NCBI GenBank assembly: GCA_051362555.1
Contig: CM120648.1
Span: 11,528,587 to 11,592,586 of the forward strand
DNA length: 64,000 bases
Source: Lingula anatina
Taxonomy: Eukaryota > Animalia > Brachiopoda
Reading direction: 5' to 3'
The notes below the pieces were generated by a model. The model was not told the DNA's origin and ran no database searches. It saw only the letters and a list, made by a program, of their open reading frames with translations. Both the position numbers and the translations under genes were made by a program. Positions 49,265 to 64,000 of the stretch are shown piece after piece. The stretch's first letter is position 1. Each line of letters opens with the position of its first letter.

Positions 49265-50651
49265 CAAGCCTACTCTGATACCTTGACTACAAATAGTAAA
49301 CTCAGCGATAAAAATTTTCTTTCTTTCTTTCCCAGCAGGCAAACGACATTGATTCCACGTTGATTCAACGTTGATCCACCAAAATTAACGTTGATTCAAC
49401 GGTGAATCAATGCCGTTTGTCTGCTGGCTTGGTAAAATGAACATGCTCCTACGGTAGTGATTGTCTCAAAGAGTATATGTGTGTGTGTGTTTCTTCTTTA
49501 CAAAAAGTCCCAAATTTCTGGGGTTTTTTTTAATCAGCCTGAACGAATGTTAAACAATTTAGTTTTTCTTCGTGTAATTTGGCTACGTTTACGGTACCTC
49601 TTAACGGCAAAATCGTTATTTTGTTTTACTTCACATATGAGGAACGTATTATATTTTTCAAAATAAAGGTTCCTTTAAAGCCAGTATCATCATATAATTT
49701 TTAGTTTTTCTTTAATTTTCCGTTTCTTGCATGAGATTTGGTAACGTTCGCCCCATCAGTGAAAACCCGTATTTTTTGTTTTTATTTCATTTTTGGATCG
49801 TTACGTGTCAAAATCAAATCAAAATCATTTTTACATTCTCACAAGGTATCGGAAGTTATTTCCAGCAATAATGTCCCTATATTAGTGTATCTAACTAACA
49901 ATGCATACCTAAATTACCAGACTCAGTTGTCATGTCATGTCTATAAGAAAGATAATCTCCTCCATAGTTTCTATACACATATCTTTATGACACTACAAAT
50001 GTGTGTTATTGAAGTGTACGTATGATGGTTCGCCAGAATTGCACAGAATATTGTGGAACGTGAAACTACTGAAGCTAAGCTCAAATAATCTGATATTTTC
50101 TAAAAAACCAGGCCATTTAAACCTGTAAGAAGGAACATTGTTAGTGCAGTTAAGAAGCTTTTTTCGATTTTAATTTAATCCATTAGGAAGTTAGCTTTAA
50201 CGCCCCATAACTTATCAACAATACAGTGGTATAATTGCATTTCCCCTGTTTTTGAGGTGAAAAATGCTGAAATCCTAGAGAAAATTTAAAACTAAACTAT
50301 TGATATCTTACTTGTCTAGATATAACGTATATGTTTCGTTAAATGTCTTTGTTTTATACCGTTATATGTAGCAACTCTGCGGCATTGTATATGATGTCTC
50401 TCCGCTCAAGGCAAAATTTCGAAGATAATCACATATAGGTGTAATGCTGATTGTTGCAGCTAAAAAGTATGCAGCGAAGCCCGTTTTCATTTATTTATGC
50501 ATATACTTTAGATTGCGGTTAACTGCTTGCTTGTTAAGGCCATGGAGCACCATGCAAAATTAGAATTTTGACTAGCTGAATCATAGTTCTAAACCGTACC
50601 AAATGGCACCGTTTGCAATTAAAAATATAAAAAAAATTGATATTTGAGAAA

Positions 50652-50704
<53 letters not shown>

Positions 50705-52951
50705 CATTCTTCACGTAACAATATACCGAATTTTTTTTCTATCAGAGGTACCCGAGTGACTCAATCTTTTAGAAGCTTTCATGCTTTGTTATATGGTACC
50801 AAGTCACATAATCATCAAAGCTAGCAAGTTATTATTTAGTGGCTACGTGCAAATTATAACTGCTATTATAACTGCCAACCAAAACTCGCTGCCATGTTAA
50901 ATCACATGTAAGACACTATAAAATGACGAATTATACATGCGCAAAGGCAATTGAGACGGGATTTACTCGTTGCAAATAATAGCCTCAATACTAACGGTGA
51001 TATCGCTAATATCGCGAATTGCGATGTTTTCGAGTTATGGCATAGCTTGTGCTTGGTCCCAGTTTGCGATGTTTTTGAGTTATGGAGCCCTGGTGCTTAT
51101 TGCATTTGCCTTTGCATAAAGCACTGGTCAATATCTAAAAGAATTAGATGAGATAACTGAGCTTTATGAAGCTTAAAACTGAAAGTTTCATTAAAAAAAG
51201 TTTGAGTTGTGATCAAGTCCGCAGAGATGCTGCACCACACACTGAACAAGCAAAGGCATTCTACAGATCTACAAATGTAAACGAAATGAAATTTTCCTTT
51301 AGTATTACTGGAAAATATGGATGTGAGGATTGTCACTTATTGTGGTAGGCCTACAATTCAACTACTTTTTTGCAAATAAACATTTAATTTTATTAGTTTT
51401 AGAATTAAATGTCCCTACACGGCCTAACAATAAACAAAAAAATTCCAGTTCAAATTTGTCAATGTGGAGAAATGTGAGGGAGCAACAAGAGACAGTTGAT
51501 GTTTCCATTAGTTCCAAAGTAATTTGGGAACGGACTACGGTTGCCTTTCGACCCCCCTTGATCATTTGTGCTGGTCTCTGAAAATAACCCTGACTGTGTT
51601 GGTCTATCACAGATGATATAAATGGGTCATGGGTCGTCATGACATTTTGCGTGCGGAGGTATAAGACGAGTTTTCATTTTCATCAGACATGGCTGTTTTA
51701 TGAAAAGGTATCGTCTTTCTCACAAAGCTCTTTGTTTACTCATTAAGAAAATTGTTTTATTGACAAATATCTTCTTTCCACCCAGTGTTATGTCATCAAA
51801 GTTATATTTCATGTGAGATTATTATTAAGGAACGTTTGTTTTTTTGTACGTACAAGTATATCAGATGCACCACAACTGAACGCCAACTATTTTTTTTTTT
51901 TTTTTTTTTTTGGAAATAAACATTTAATTTTAGAATTAAATGTTCCAACACGGCCTAACAATAAACCACAAATTCCAGTTCAGATTTGTCAATGTGGAGA
52001 AATGTGAGGGAGCAAGAAGAGACAATTAGTTTCCATTAATTCAGAGGCAGTGGTGGATTTACGGGGGTTTCAGGGGGGGTCCTGACCCCCCCCCCCCTTC
52101 GATTTCTGAAAAAAAACACACCAATGGTTCTTGAAATTAAAATTTTAAGTGGCTTGATCATAGTTCTAAATCGTACCTAATGGCACAGTTCGCCCTCTAA
52201 AATACTAAAAATTTTTGGGGTCCTGTAGCGGGACCTGAACCCAACGCCAAGTTATGAACACTGCGGTGAAAATGTTAATAGACCGCTGTGAATCAGCTGA
52301 GACCTTGGTGGAAGTATTCGTTGACTGTTTAATTTCCATAGAAAATAGGGATTTGAAAAAGAATAAGTTGCTACCATATGGTGTAGTGCAATTATGCAAT
52401 GTTTTTAAATCGACGGCAATTTTGCTATAGCCCTATAGCCTGTTTGACAAGAAGTCGCAAGTGTTTCTTTTTCTTGTCTTTTAACAAATTCCATTTAGCA
52501 AATTGTAATTGCAATATACTGTATAATTTGTGTACAGTTATCCCGGATCGATCACTCGTCAAGCGATATCAGACAATTACTGTTAAGCCGACTTACGTAG
52601 TCGCTGTTTAGTATTAAGTCGGCTTTGAGATATAGAGATACCTTTGTTAATACAAACAATCTACCCGGGCCACAAATAGAACTTTTACCAGATATTCACA
52701 GATATGTCTCTGTGTAATTCATGACATCCTTTACTGTGTCCAGTGCGAAATTTTGCAATGAATTATTTTCACTCAGCTGGCCTGTAGTATAGTTTAATCA
52801 AGAAGCATAATTTATGGTCAAGACCAATGCATTCGGAGATCACACGTGCACTGTGAATTTTAACTAAACTCTAAGAAAATTCTAATGTGGCTGAGGAAAC
52901 TATTCTGTCCAGTCAGTTTCTGTGGGTGACTTGAATTGCAATGTATGAAAA

Positions 52952-53384
52952 CAAGGCAGCAAAGCTGTCAAATGTACAGACAAAGAACAGAAAATAAAGA
53001 TGCAAATAAGTGAAAAATTAAATTTTCACAAAAAACTGTTAAATTGCCAGAAAAATTTACCAAACAGACTGCGTTGCCTATTGAAGCTGTATGTTAGACC
53101 CATGTTTCTTTCCTGTAAGTTTGAGAACAGTAAGTGACATGATTTCCCTTAAATGGTCATCATAGGAGCAGTGCCCAAAATAGGGGTTTCTTCAAATTTT
53201 GATGCAACATTACATAATGTTTAACAGCATAATGACAATCAAATGTTATTAATAAAATATTAGTAACATGGACATTCAGAAAATGTGACAAGCAAAAGTC
53301 TTCAAGATCATGGAACTTTAAAGTCACACCTTGAAAATGCCAATATGTGAAAAATTAAATTTTCACAAAAAACTGTTTAACTGC

Positions 53385-53424
<40 letters not shown>

Positions 53425-54839
53425 AAACAGACTGCATTGCCTACTGAAGCTGTATTTTAGTCCCATGTTTCTATCCTGTAAGTTTGAAAACAGTAAGTGA
53501 CATGATTTTCCTTAAATGGTCATCATGGAAGCAGTGCCCAAAATGGGGGTTTCTTCAAATTTTGATGCAATATTACATAATGTTTAACAGCTTAATGACC
53601 ATCAATTTTTAATTATAAAATATTTGTATCACAGATATTCAGAAAATGTGACTAGCAAAGGTCTTCAGGCCCATAGAACTTCAAAGTCACGCCTTGATAA
53701 TGCCAAAATGTAAACAAGACAGCACTGTTCTGAAATCGGTTTATTTCCATTTTTAACACTTTTTTAACATAAAACAAAATAAACATTTTACTGCCATTTT
53801 TATATGTCCAACTAAGAAAATTGATGAGATGGGAAAAGTATCAATAGAACAGTGTTAAATGTCCAATTTCCTCCATTCTGAGATTTGAACATAGTGGATG
53901 ATTGAATCTGACAAACTGCAATGATATGAGTTTATTTCCATTTTTGACACTTTATTACACAATACATGATAACAAGTTTACCATGTTTTTTACATAATCA
54001 ACTAACAATGTTGTAAAGATGCAGGAAATATCAAACAAACACTTTTAGGCATCTTATTAGTTAAATAATGAGACTGTTAACATGCCTAATAATTGAATCT
54101 GAGGAAATGTGAAAAAACAGTATAACTTCTTAAGTAATGGCCCGATTATGCTTATTTTCGAACTCAACCTGCGTTTTAGTAAGATTGACCACTCCTGTGA
54201 GTATAATTACAATTGGCCAATCTGTTTTTCTTATATTGTGTTATCAGTGTTGCATTTATATTGAAAATAGTGAAAAAACAGCATAAATTCCCTAAAAGTG
54301 ACCCGATCATGCTGATTTTCGAACTTGACCTGCGTATTATGAATATTCATCAGTTCTGTAAGTTTCAAGTCAAAAGGTAAAATGGTTTTCCACTTATCGT
54401 GTTATCGGTGCTACATATATGCTGAAAAAAGTGAAAAAACAGCATAAATTCTCTAAAAGTGACCCGATCATGCTGATTTTCGAACTTGACCTGCGTATTA
54501 TGAATATTCATCAGTTCTGTAAGTTTCAAGTCAAAAGGTAAAATGGTTTTCCACTTATCGTGTTATCGGTGCTGCATATATGCTGAAAAAAGTGAAAAAA
54601 CAGCATAAATTCCCTAAAAGTGACCCGATCATGCTGATTTTCGAACTTGACCTGCGTATTATGAATATTCATCAGTTCTGCAAGTTTCAAGTCAAAAGGT
54701 AAAATGGTTTTCCACTTATCATGTTATCGGTAAAAGTGCACGGCGACGGCGACGACGGCGACGACAGCGACGACGGCGACGACGGCGACGACAGACGCAG
54801 ATGATGGCTATATGTACAGACACATCTGTGTCTGTACAT
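52952..54839 (-). mobile_element. HINE family 1, second copy (1.9 kb)
   Basis: Same termini CAAGGCAGCAAAGCTGTCAAATGTACAGACA ... TATGTACAGACACATCTGTGTCTGTACAT; inserted in an A-run; empty site at ~34050; 161-bp core repeats (54338, 54499, 54660); expanded (GACGACGGC)n. Confidence 0.88.
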
Positions 54840-56177
54840 AAAAAGGCAACCGGTGTAGGCATCTAGCTGAAATAATAATAATAATTATTCCAAATATTAA
54901 TGGAAATCCGTCACCTTTTTAATAATGATAACAAATAAGAAAAGCATTCAATGCTAGCAAATCTCCGCTAAGGTAGCTTAAGTCTTTTTATAATTTTATT
55001 ATAAAGTAGGCCCTATTTAATTATCTCATTAACTAATTAATTAATCACCAGCAAAATGGAGCCCATTTCTGACCTATCCTGAAAATTAAATCAAAATCCC
55101 TCCATAACCTTTGTATAATGTTGCTAACAGACATACAAACACGCAGACAGACAGACAGAGACGCAAGTGGAGCCAAAAACATAGCCTCCCTGGTGGAGTT
55201 GAAAATAATAATAACAATTAAAATATTACCAGTAAATAAATCTGTGGTGCTGGAAGCGTTGACATGCCGGTGTGACAGGAATGGTAGTCCTAGGAATGGA
55301 AGTCCGAGTTCCCATATGATTAGTACAGATATAGGGTTAGACGTATTATTGGGGTTAGTATATAGGACTAATGTCACCTGTACAAAGTAATTTGGGAACG
55401 GACTACGGTTGCCTTTCGACCGTCCTTGATCATTTGTGCTGGTCTCTGAAAATAACCCTGGCTGTGTTGGTCTATCACAAATGATATAAATCTTCTGAAG
55501 TCATGGATCGTCTTACATGGCATGATATTTTGTGTACGGAGGTAGAAGACGAGTTTTCATTTTCATCAGACATGGTTATTTTATGAAAAGGTATCGTTTT
55601 TCTCACAAAGCTTTTTGTTTACTCATAAAGAAAATTGTTCTATTGACAAATATCTTCTTTCCTCCCAGTTTTATGTCAGTTATATTACATAATGATGAGA
55701 TTATTATTAAGGAATGTTTGTTTCGTCGTACGTACATGTATATCAAATGCACCACTACTTGAATGTCTCTTGTTGAATCATCATCGCAAGGTGCATGCGT
55801 GTTCTACCTTCTTTCCAAAAATGTGTCCATTAAAATTTAGTAAGTTTCTCCTTAACGCCAAAGCATATCTAAAACTATTGAGAAAATTAAAATATAAGTA
55901 TATACAGAAGTTCATTGTAAAATGTAGGTTATAAATTAAAATTTCATCCACGACGACAGAGACTAGAAACAGAAACTCGAATAGTTTATGGCTCGTAATT
56001 TTGTGATCAACACAAAAATTAAAAAAAAAATTCCTAAGATAATTTTATTGACTTCATGTAGATAAATTTGTTACTTTCGAACCTCTGTTTTACTGTTGTA
56101 TTCGTTTTAATTTATTATTCATTCATGTATTTATTTGTTTTTTTATTCTTTATCATATAATAATAATAATAATAATA

Positions 56178-56222
<45 letters not shown>

Positions 56223-57570
56223 TATTTGCCACTTAAATTCCTTTAATCGTATCCAGTTTTCCATTCCAGATGATGTAATGATGTAATTCGGGGACTAGGG
56301 ATACTATCAATTTCCTTTACATTTGATACCATTCTCATTTATAAACAACCAACGTATTAAGACCGCAAATATTCTTTCGAACTAATTGAACTAATAGGCA
56401 TCATTACCGAACTGAAGAACCTATTTCACCAACTAAAGTTACATGTAATATCTTAAGTGACTAATGGTAATTCCACTATTTAAGAACCTTTACTTGACAC
56501 CAATTTTGCCCTCCAACTCAGCCACAGATATTTTGCTCTGTTAATATCAAGCAAGTGGGTTTGAAATTGGAGCACTGATTAAATGTAAAATCATTACAAC
56601 GATTTGTTTTTAACCATGCATCTAGCACCAATATATAGCGGTATCTTGCACTCAGCCAGCTTTGTTGTGATTCCTCTTGTTTGATATTTTAGTTTTAACA
56701 GTATACCAGAAACACCTGCAGATAGAACAAGAATATTCGAGACAGGGTCACATTACACATATCTCATGAGGCGATAAAATTTATGGTTTAATTCAATTTA
56801 AAATAAAACAGCGACGGTCTACTTAATGAAAAAAACAGTACATCTTACGCATTAGGAAGTTATTTCTTTTGAAAAATGGGCCCATTTTCCCAAATTAGGT
56901 GCGTAACTCACTGATTTACTTCTCGGAAATGTATCCTTTTTACGGTCTTCAGTCAACACCAGTCAAGTTAAACTAGCGCCATTACTTCAGCTGTGAAATT
57001 GTTCCCAGATAGACCCTAAACTAAGTAAGAGTCATAAATGTAATTTATGTAAAATACAAATTTGGAATGCGACATCATGCCTACGCCCCCTCAAAGTTAC
57101 TGAACGAAGTAAACTGTAACAGTCGCTTTTGTAGATCAAACAACGCAACCCTCGACTTATTATTGGATGAGTGCCACAGTAAAGGGCAGTCTCAAGCTAA
57201 CAGAGTGAAGCTTCCTTTAAGCTGTTGTAATTTTCCAACTCAGAAGTCCAATGCAAAAATAAGACAGGTTTTGGAGAATCATAAGAGTAATGCTTAACAT
57301 TATTTGGACCCAATGTTAATAAATTATAATGTCAAGAAGTTATAATGTCAAGAAGTTATAGAAGAGCAGAAAATTGCCGCAAGGTACCATTTACAAGACC
57401 AAAATTAAAAGTAGCAGCGTATCTGTTGTTGTATGGTTGCATGGTTTATACTTGTGTGACGTCTTTTAAATAATATCAAATGTCATAGAGAAGATTAATT
57501 TCGCACCAACCCCATTGGTCAAGTTAAAGCCTGAGACGTTAATCGTCAGCTGCCTGCGCACACTGTATAA

Positions 57571-58806
57571 ATGCATGCTCAAGTAAGACATGCTTTCAGA
57601 CTTCTCCAGCTTGCGAACGACTTTAATTTGCGACGGCTTCCTCTGCTCTGCAATCCTGTTAAACTCGTAAAAACCATGAATTCGACTGAGATGTCTGTCA
57701 ATGGTAGCTCATTTCTTGAAAAAGAGGAAAAGGAAGAGGACATTCCTGACTTGGGTTTCATCAATCTGTTTTATTTTGCTTTTGGTGGCATTGGGGTTTC
57801 AGTTTTGGCTTTGGTTGGCCTTATTCTGAATTTTCTCTCGGTGGCTGTATTTTCGCGTTTTGAGAAGCGAACCCCGACTGTGTTCCTTTTGATATGCTTG
57901 GCAGTGGCCGATAGCGTCCATATTGTTTCGGCGCTCCTTAACTTCAGCGTCCCAGCCATGTACCCTTATACTGGGTGGTTCAAAAACTACTTCTTTACCC
58001 TGATTAAACACTCCCGGCATCTGTATGGGTTGAAGGTCGCCCTCTTCATGATCCCACCCTGGCTAGTAGTGCTCGTAACGGTCGATCGTTATATCCACCT
58101 TTGCTCAGAGAACGCCCTAAGAAGTGGACCAACTGCAAGCATTAAGGTTTGGGCGTTTAGAGTTGGCGGCGTTGTGATTTTTGCTTTCCTCAACAATGTT
58201 CCACGATATTTCTTTGAGTGGCCGCCTGAGCGTCCATGTCCCTTGAACACAACGTCGCCCGTTTTTTGTCTCGGCGTCCCATCGCCGGTGTCAGAATACA
58301 CCAAAGTGTATTCTTTTATTTCTTATGTTTTTGTGCACTTCCTGGCTCCTTTCATTATCGTGATGGTTTTGAATGTGAAGATGGCTCATAACATGAGGGT
58401 TCTAGCCAAAAATCCAACCATGATTGCCATGCACAAGCTGGGCGTGCATCGCACTTTGATTAAAATGACCTTGGTCATCGCCATTACCACGTTAATGCCC
58501 TCCTTAACTGTGGCTCTGTCTACTTTCTTTGCACTCTTTGGGAACCAGCGCATTGACGGGATGCCAGGCATGGTTTTTGTTTCCCCAGTCATGGTTTTCC
58601 TCTATACACTTGGCTCCTGCGTTAATTTTTTCATTTATGGCCTTTTTGGGAAAAAGTTCAGACTCACTTTGAAGGCGTTGTGTTGTCACCGAAAGTCGAA
58701 CAAGATAGGACAAGCTGCTTGCAATGTGGTGGGACACAAAACAAATGTAGAGCCAGACCAGCCAAAGCCTGGAGTGCGAGTTATCAGCACCATAGGTTCT
58801 GCTTGA
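57571..58806 (+). CDS. Intact intronless class A GPCR copy B2; likely true start 57676
   Basis: Differs from B1 at two visible residues (LAFVG/LALVG; EWLPE/EWPPE). Confidence 0.92.
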   Translation: MHAQVRHAFRLLQLANDFNLRRLPLLCNPVKLVKTMNSTEMSVNGSSFLEKEEKEEDIPDLGFINLFYFAFGGIGVSVLALVGLILNFLSVAVFSRFEKRTPTVFLLICLAVADSVHIVSALLNFSVPAMYPYTGWFKNYFFTLIKHSRHLYGLKVALFMIPPWLVVLVTVDRYIHLCSENALRSGPTASIKVWAFRVGGVVIFAFLNNVPRYFFEWPPERPCPLNTTSPVFCLGVPSPVSEYTKVYSFISYVFVHFLAPFIIVMVLNVKMAHNMRVLAKNPTMIAMHKLGVHRTLIKMTLVIAITTLMPSLTVALSTFFALFGNQRIDGMPGMVFVSPVMVFLYTLGSCVNFFIYGLFGKKFRLTLKALCCHRKSNKIGQAACNVVGHKTNVEPDQPKPGVRVISTIGSA

Positions 58807-58912
58807 GCAGGAGTGACAGCCCTCGATAACCAGGTAAATGAGCAATATAATACGTTTGTTTGCCTTTGGTATCTTTCATAATAATAATAATAATAAAAAT
58901 AAAAATAATAAT

Positions 58913-58945
<33 letters not shown>

Positions 58946-61900
58946 TTATTATTGTAGTAGTAGTAGTAGCAGTAGCAGTAGCAGTAGCAGTAGTAGTGGT
59001 AGTTCAGAACAGGCTACTGGCGCAAAGCCCAGCGTTGCAAACGGTAATATAGTAACAGTTTTGATCAATTTAAATGTTTTTTAGAAGCAGAAGTTATCAT
59101 AATTATAATAAAGGTCGTTAGCATACAAGTCTATATAGGCATCGTAGTTACTTTAAATTGAGCATCACAGACAGGGCTTTATTTATTTATTTATTTATTG
59201 TTGGCGTCAGTAACTGTGTATGCTCTTTCCTTTACGTTTGTTTTAAAGATTTAGAGTATATTCCTATTTGTTATTTATAAAAAGTTTTAATATTCTGGGA
59301 TTTTTTTAAAATTTAGCCTGATCAAGTTTTTTCAAAATGTTTTTCGTGCATTTTGGCAACAGTCACTTTTCACCTTTACCGGAAGTTATTTCTTACAATC
59401 ATGTGGCTGATTTAGGGGGTGTCAGGGGAGGTCCTGACCCCCGCCCCCTTCGATTTCTGAAAAAAATCACAAAAATGGTCACCTCTTGAAATTTTGACTT
59501 TTGACTTTCTTAGAATTTTGACTAGCTGAATCATAGTTCTGAACCGTACCAAATGGCACCGTTTGCCCTCTAAAATACCTCATTATTTTGGGACCCTTCA
59601 CCGGGTTGCACATCCCACGGCACAAGGGGGGTCTGCTTTGCATCTGCTTACCCCCCTTAATTAATCCTTGATACCGCCCCTGTATTAGTGTCTCTTATTA
59701 GCAACGCGAATTAAATTACCATTTCTCATGCCATGTTTTAGAAGAAAAATGATCTTATTGTTTAGTAATAGACATATTTTATAACAGTGCAGATACATGT
59801 TTGATAACTTATCACACCCCGTAATTAACAACTGTGAAATATGTAATACAAGCAGATACAATCATGCACAGTTGGTCAACATTGCACAGTAGATTGTGAA
59901 GTGTACAAGTGTCAAAACCAAGCTAAATGTTCTGAGATATTATGAAAGAAGAATCGCTGTAACACAATTTTCCAAACTGTTTTTATCATGTCGTAGTATT
60001 TGAGGCATTATCTGCAATTTCCATGTTTTTGAGGTGAAAATTCTAACGAAAATTTAATTTTTCAACATCTTACTTGACTAGAGGTAATTAATTATGATTC
60101 ATTGAATTATTTTGTTTTGTATCAGTATTTGCACCAAACAACTTTGGTATATGTAGTTATCAGCGCTATTGGATATGCTATAATCTGTGCGATTTAAGGA
60201 AAAGTTAAAGAATTTCTAAGAAAATTACTATTGCAACATATAGGTGTAGCGCTGATTATTTTCTTTTTAGATTGCTGTTTACTGCACGAATGTTGAAGTA
60301 GTAATTTAAGGTTACTGTTACCCTTTATATAAACCAAATACCGAAAACGAGTTTTTTCCTGCATTTTATTTTCCGTAATGTATATATCTTTGTGCTGATT
60401 TAAAACTATGAAAAAGTCCTCGAAAATATAAAATATCTGCGTTTATATTTTCTGTTGCAATGTATAAGCATAGGCAACTCAAAGCTTTCATCGTCAACTT
60501 AACAACTATTTTGGGGTGAAATAGCAATCGGTATGGGGCGTAACTTCATCCCTGAAAAAGATTTTATCACAAAAATTGGCAGAGTTGTCCAGAAGAGTAT
60601 AGACTACAATAGAATGCCATTATTTTGGTTTAATTTTTTTTTTTGTATGGAGTTATGAGCTCCTTATTACAGATTTTCATTAAACAATGGCATTATTTTC
60701 CTTTATCATCAATGATAAAGGAACTAAGACTTTTAAGAAAATCGCTGGTAGGGTTCTAGAGTACTAAATAGTGTCATTAAATCGGCGTTGAAATCGGCGG
60801 GAGCTCAGGTAAAAAAGAAATTTGAGAAACCAATTGTTCAGTTTTTAACCTAAAATCGAGATTATGACGCCACCTGTAAGATGACATATGTGTAAAAGTT
60901 AATTTTTAATTAGAATTTAGTTACTGAACACTGAAGATTTATTTATTACCCAAAGAATGTATGTAAGGCAGTAAATAAGGAGTTTTGGGCGAAGGGTGAC
61001 ATTATCCTTAAAAGAGACGTATATTGTATTATTGCAGACCTTGGGTACAGTATGCCAAGGACGTTCAGGGTGTGGAAGGCTTTGACATTAACGATGCGGC
61101 AGCGTTTTTCTTCTGCGTTGAAAAATAGAGAGCACTGCTCGAAGGCAGACCTTCACCAAGGCAGAATGCACATATACTTATGAACAAACTAAATGGATTG
61201 TTTTTAAATATCAGGAGTGACGGATCAGTTTGTAGTTCCCTCCTGAATAACTGTTTATCCTGAAAATTTCTCCGTAATTGGCGAAAAACTGGAGATTTTT
61301 GTCAAGAAATATACAAGCGCCTATGAAAATATACTAACTTCGCCGGTGAAAATTTACATTGGTGGATAGTTCATGCATAACTGACACAATACAAATATAC
61401 TATTTATAAATCGTTGAAAACTCAACAACCTGGAGATAGTTTGGAGCATCAGGAGTTAATTAAGCCTTGAAAAGAAGAGTCACCTACGTTTAATAAGAAA
61501 CCAGGCGACATCACACGCTGAACTTAAGGTAAAAGAAGACATTTTCAGACCCGAAATAATCTCTCGCCGTTTATTCACCAGAAATGGCTGGACATAATGT
61601 ATTTTTATATTATATTATATTCGGATTCCTCTGCTTCTCTTTATACAACAGTGACTGAATTCAAAACTCACTGTAATGAAGACCGTCCTTTTACATAATG
61701 CAATGTTTGCCCAGTCTCGAGCTCCTTCACAAACTACTTAAGAGAGAATGATGCTTGTGACGCAACTTTGGAAAAGCTTCGAGCACCTCAGGCACTATGT
61801 ATGCCACTCCAGTGACTAGAGGGTGTAACATTTACGTCTCTGAGCACACAGCGTCGCCATCTGAACGCAAAGCTTTGGGATGTTTTCAGCGAGATTCACC

Positions 61901-62675
61901 TCGGATCATAATATTTTTTTTTTTTTTGTATATTGAATTAATAGGCCGTAATCTTAGATTTTATTAATTTAGTTTATCAAACTATTTGAAGTTTTTATAT
62001 GGTTTAAAATCGTTTAAATGAAAATATATATGGCGCAACTATTTTTAAGGAAAATATGTACATGTATACGTATTTGAAGACATTTCTTTCTGTCATAACT
62101 TGTCAAGCAAACTTGGACAGTGGACACTCAAACGATTTTTGTACAGCCATCTATAGAGCACATTTGGTAGAAAGTATAGATATAGCACAAATCGCCCACT
62201 GCATTCGACATACATGAGAGCCATTAATTAAGGCGTAGTCGACATAATTGCACTCTTGGTTTTAGCATACAGTGGGAGCCATCTGAGTGATGGTGTTATG
62301 TTCAAAATTAGGAATAATGAAAAAAAAGTCTGTTGATATCTAGCGAAAAATCGATCCGTGTCTCTTGAAAAGGGTCACTTGTAATTGCTTTATCTACTTG
62401 CCAGTGCTTCGTACAATAGGATAATTGTACACTTGTATTTCACTTTGAAGCATATTACGATACAGCCCAGATCAGGCCTCTGGTAGTTATGTAGGCAACT
62501 CTGGGAGTTGCATCTCCTTTCCCAAATATTACTGCAATCATCCTATCGTTCGAAGTTGCGGTATGATAACAAATACATTACGGTTCTTTGGTGGGCCCTA
62601 GATTACGATGGAATGATAAACTGAGAAAATTTGGATGTTAACGTTCATTTGTCCATGGCCATTTATCACTACAGC

Positions 62676-62728
<53 letters not shown>

Positions 62729-64000
62729 AGAACTTAAACGCATATATACATACATAAACGTACTTCTCATGGCAAACGCTTATGTTCACTAGGCTACCAT
62801 ATTGTGTTATATCTTAAGTTTAACTTGTTACCATTCCATTTTTGCATTATTGTATTGTATTGTTTTGTACTTTATTGTATTGTATTGTATTGTATTGTAT
62901 TGTATTGTAACGTATTGTATTGTATCTGAAGTGCCAGCCACTAAGAAATAAATGAACTGAATTGAACTATAAGATTTAATCTGAAACAGTGTTGTTTGAC
63001 AGAACTGGATGAAACGAGACCATCGCATGCTTATCGCTTTATTAAAAAAACTATATTTATTAAATCGCAGTCCATTGGTTGAAATTCTACTTTTTATGAG
63101 GGTTATGCAATTGCCTGGAGTAAGAGTGAAGCCACTAATGATGCCTTGTCTTGGTCTTGTATATTCCACTCAGTAATTTAAGGATAGGAGACGTTTTATA
63201 TAATAATTAAAGAGTGGGGATAAAAAAAGATTGACGGTGGACAGAAAAAGAGAGGAACTTTGGCAGAGAGAAGGAATATTCCCATGGGAGGAAAGTTAAG
63301 GGATGACGTCAATTTTGTGCCAAATTACTCGCTGGTTTGTACAGAAATGTGCACAGAATCAGCCAGAGAAACATCTGTCAATCGAATGCTTCTCCCATAG
63401 CTTGAGAAGCACCTCTTCTACATGCAGCCTCTCCCTCAGTTACAATAAAGTTATGATATCGATAATTAGAACTTTCCAACTACCAGGGACAGTCCACCCA
63501 AGGCACACTGAAAATCTAAAGTGTCCGTGTACATCCCTGAGGATAAGTTTATTATCACCAAAGGTTCATTTTCTTAACTTCAATTGTCAAGGAGGAGATA
63601 GTGGGCATGTACATGTACAACGGGGGAAAACTAGAATTACCCCCAGGGATAGCCCTACAGAGAAATGCACTGAAAATCCTAATTGCCCATGCACAACCCT
63701 GACGAAAGGTCTATTAATCACCACAGTGCATTTGGGGGAGGGCAGGAAGCGTGCAAGCGGGGAGGGTGGGGGGGGGGGGGGGTAGTTGCCCTCTCCTTTG
63801 GACGTGTAGATTTATAGTTGCTGATACAGTATTATTTATTATGGTACTTTGGCAGTAAAACTTGTGATAGTTGTGACATTGAGTGATGTGGTATTGTGGT
63901 ACTGTGGCAGTAAAAAGTGTGGTAAATGTGACATTGAGTGTTGTGGTATTTTGGAACTGTGGCCGTGAAACGTGTGGTGGTGGTTACATTGAGTGTTGTG

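Larger units (their letters stand above)
48200..64000 (+). repeat. Second copy of tandem segmental duplication (paralogous to ~24000-43490)
   Basis: Near-identical colinear coding and non-coding sequence, e.g. 30031/48994, 33151/52047, 38008/58806, 42797/63303, differing mainly by element insertions and microsatellite lengths. Confidence 0.95.

Overview
Eukaryotic, AT-rich animal genomic DNA, probably lophotrochozoan or molluscan; the taxon is inferred from the gene and repeat types only. 1-16.4 kb (+) holds the 3' part of a CFAP74 ortholog: 16 phase-consistent GT-AG exons ending at TAA 15847. Four extra candidate alternative exons lie in its introns: a paralogous possibly mutually exclusive exon, an Arg/Ser/Ala repeat exon and two microexons. 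17-64 kb is a tandem cluster of four intronless class A (FMRFamide-receptor-like/chemoreceptor-like) GPCR genes in A-B-A-B order. They arise from a recent ~21-24 kb tandem duplication whose breakpoint appears to lie inside the A-type coding sequence, making the third gene a chimera. B1 and B2 are intact. A1 is split in ICL3 by a 5.2 kb nested non-autonomous Helentron-type (HINE/DINE-1/pearl-like) element carrying 146 bp and 161 bp tandem arrays. A2 has a +1 frameshift near its N-terminus. A second copy of the same HINE family sits at a different site in the second duplicate. Many MITEs, a foldback element and micro/minisatellites are also present. No rRNA, tRNA, CRISPR or autonomous transposase/RT ORF was recognised. 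All coordinates were read by eye.
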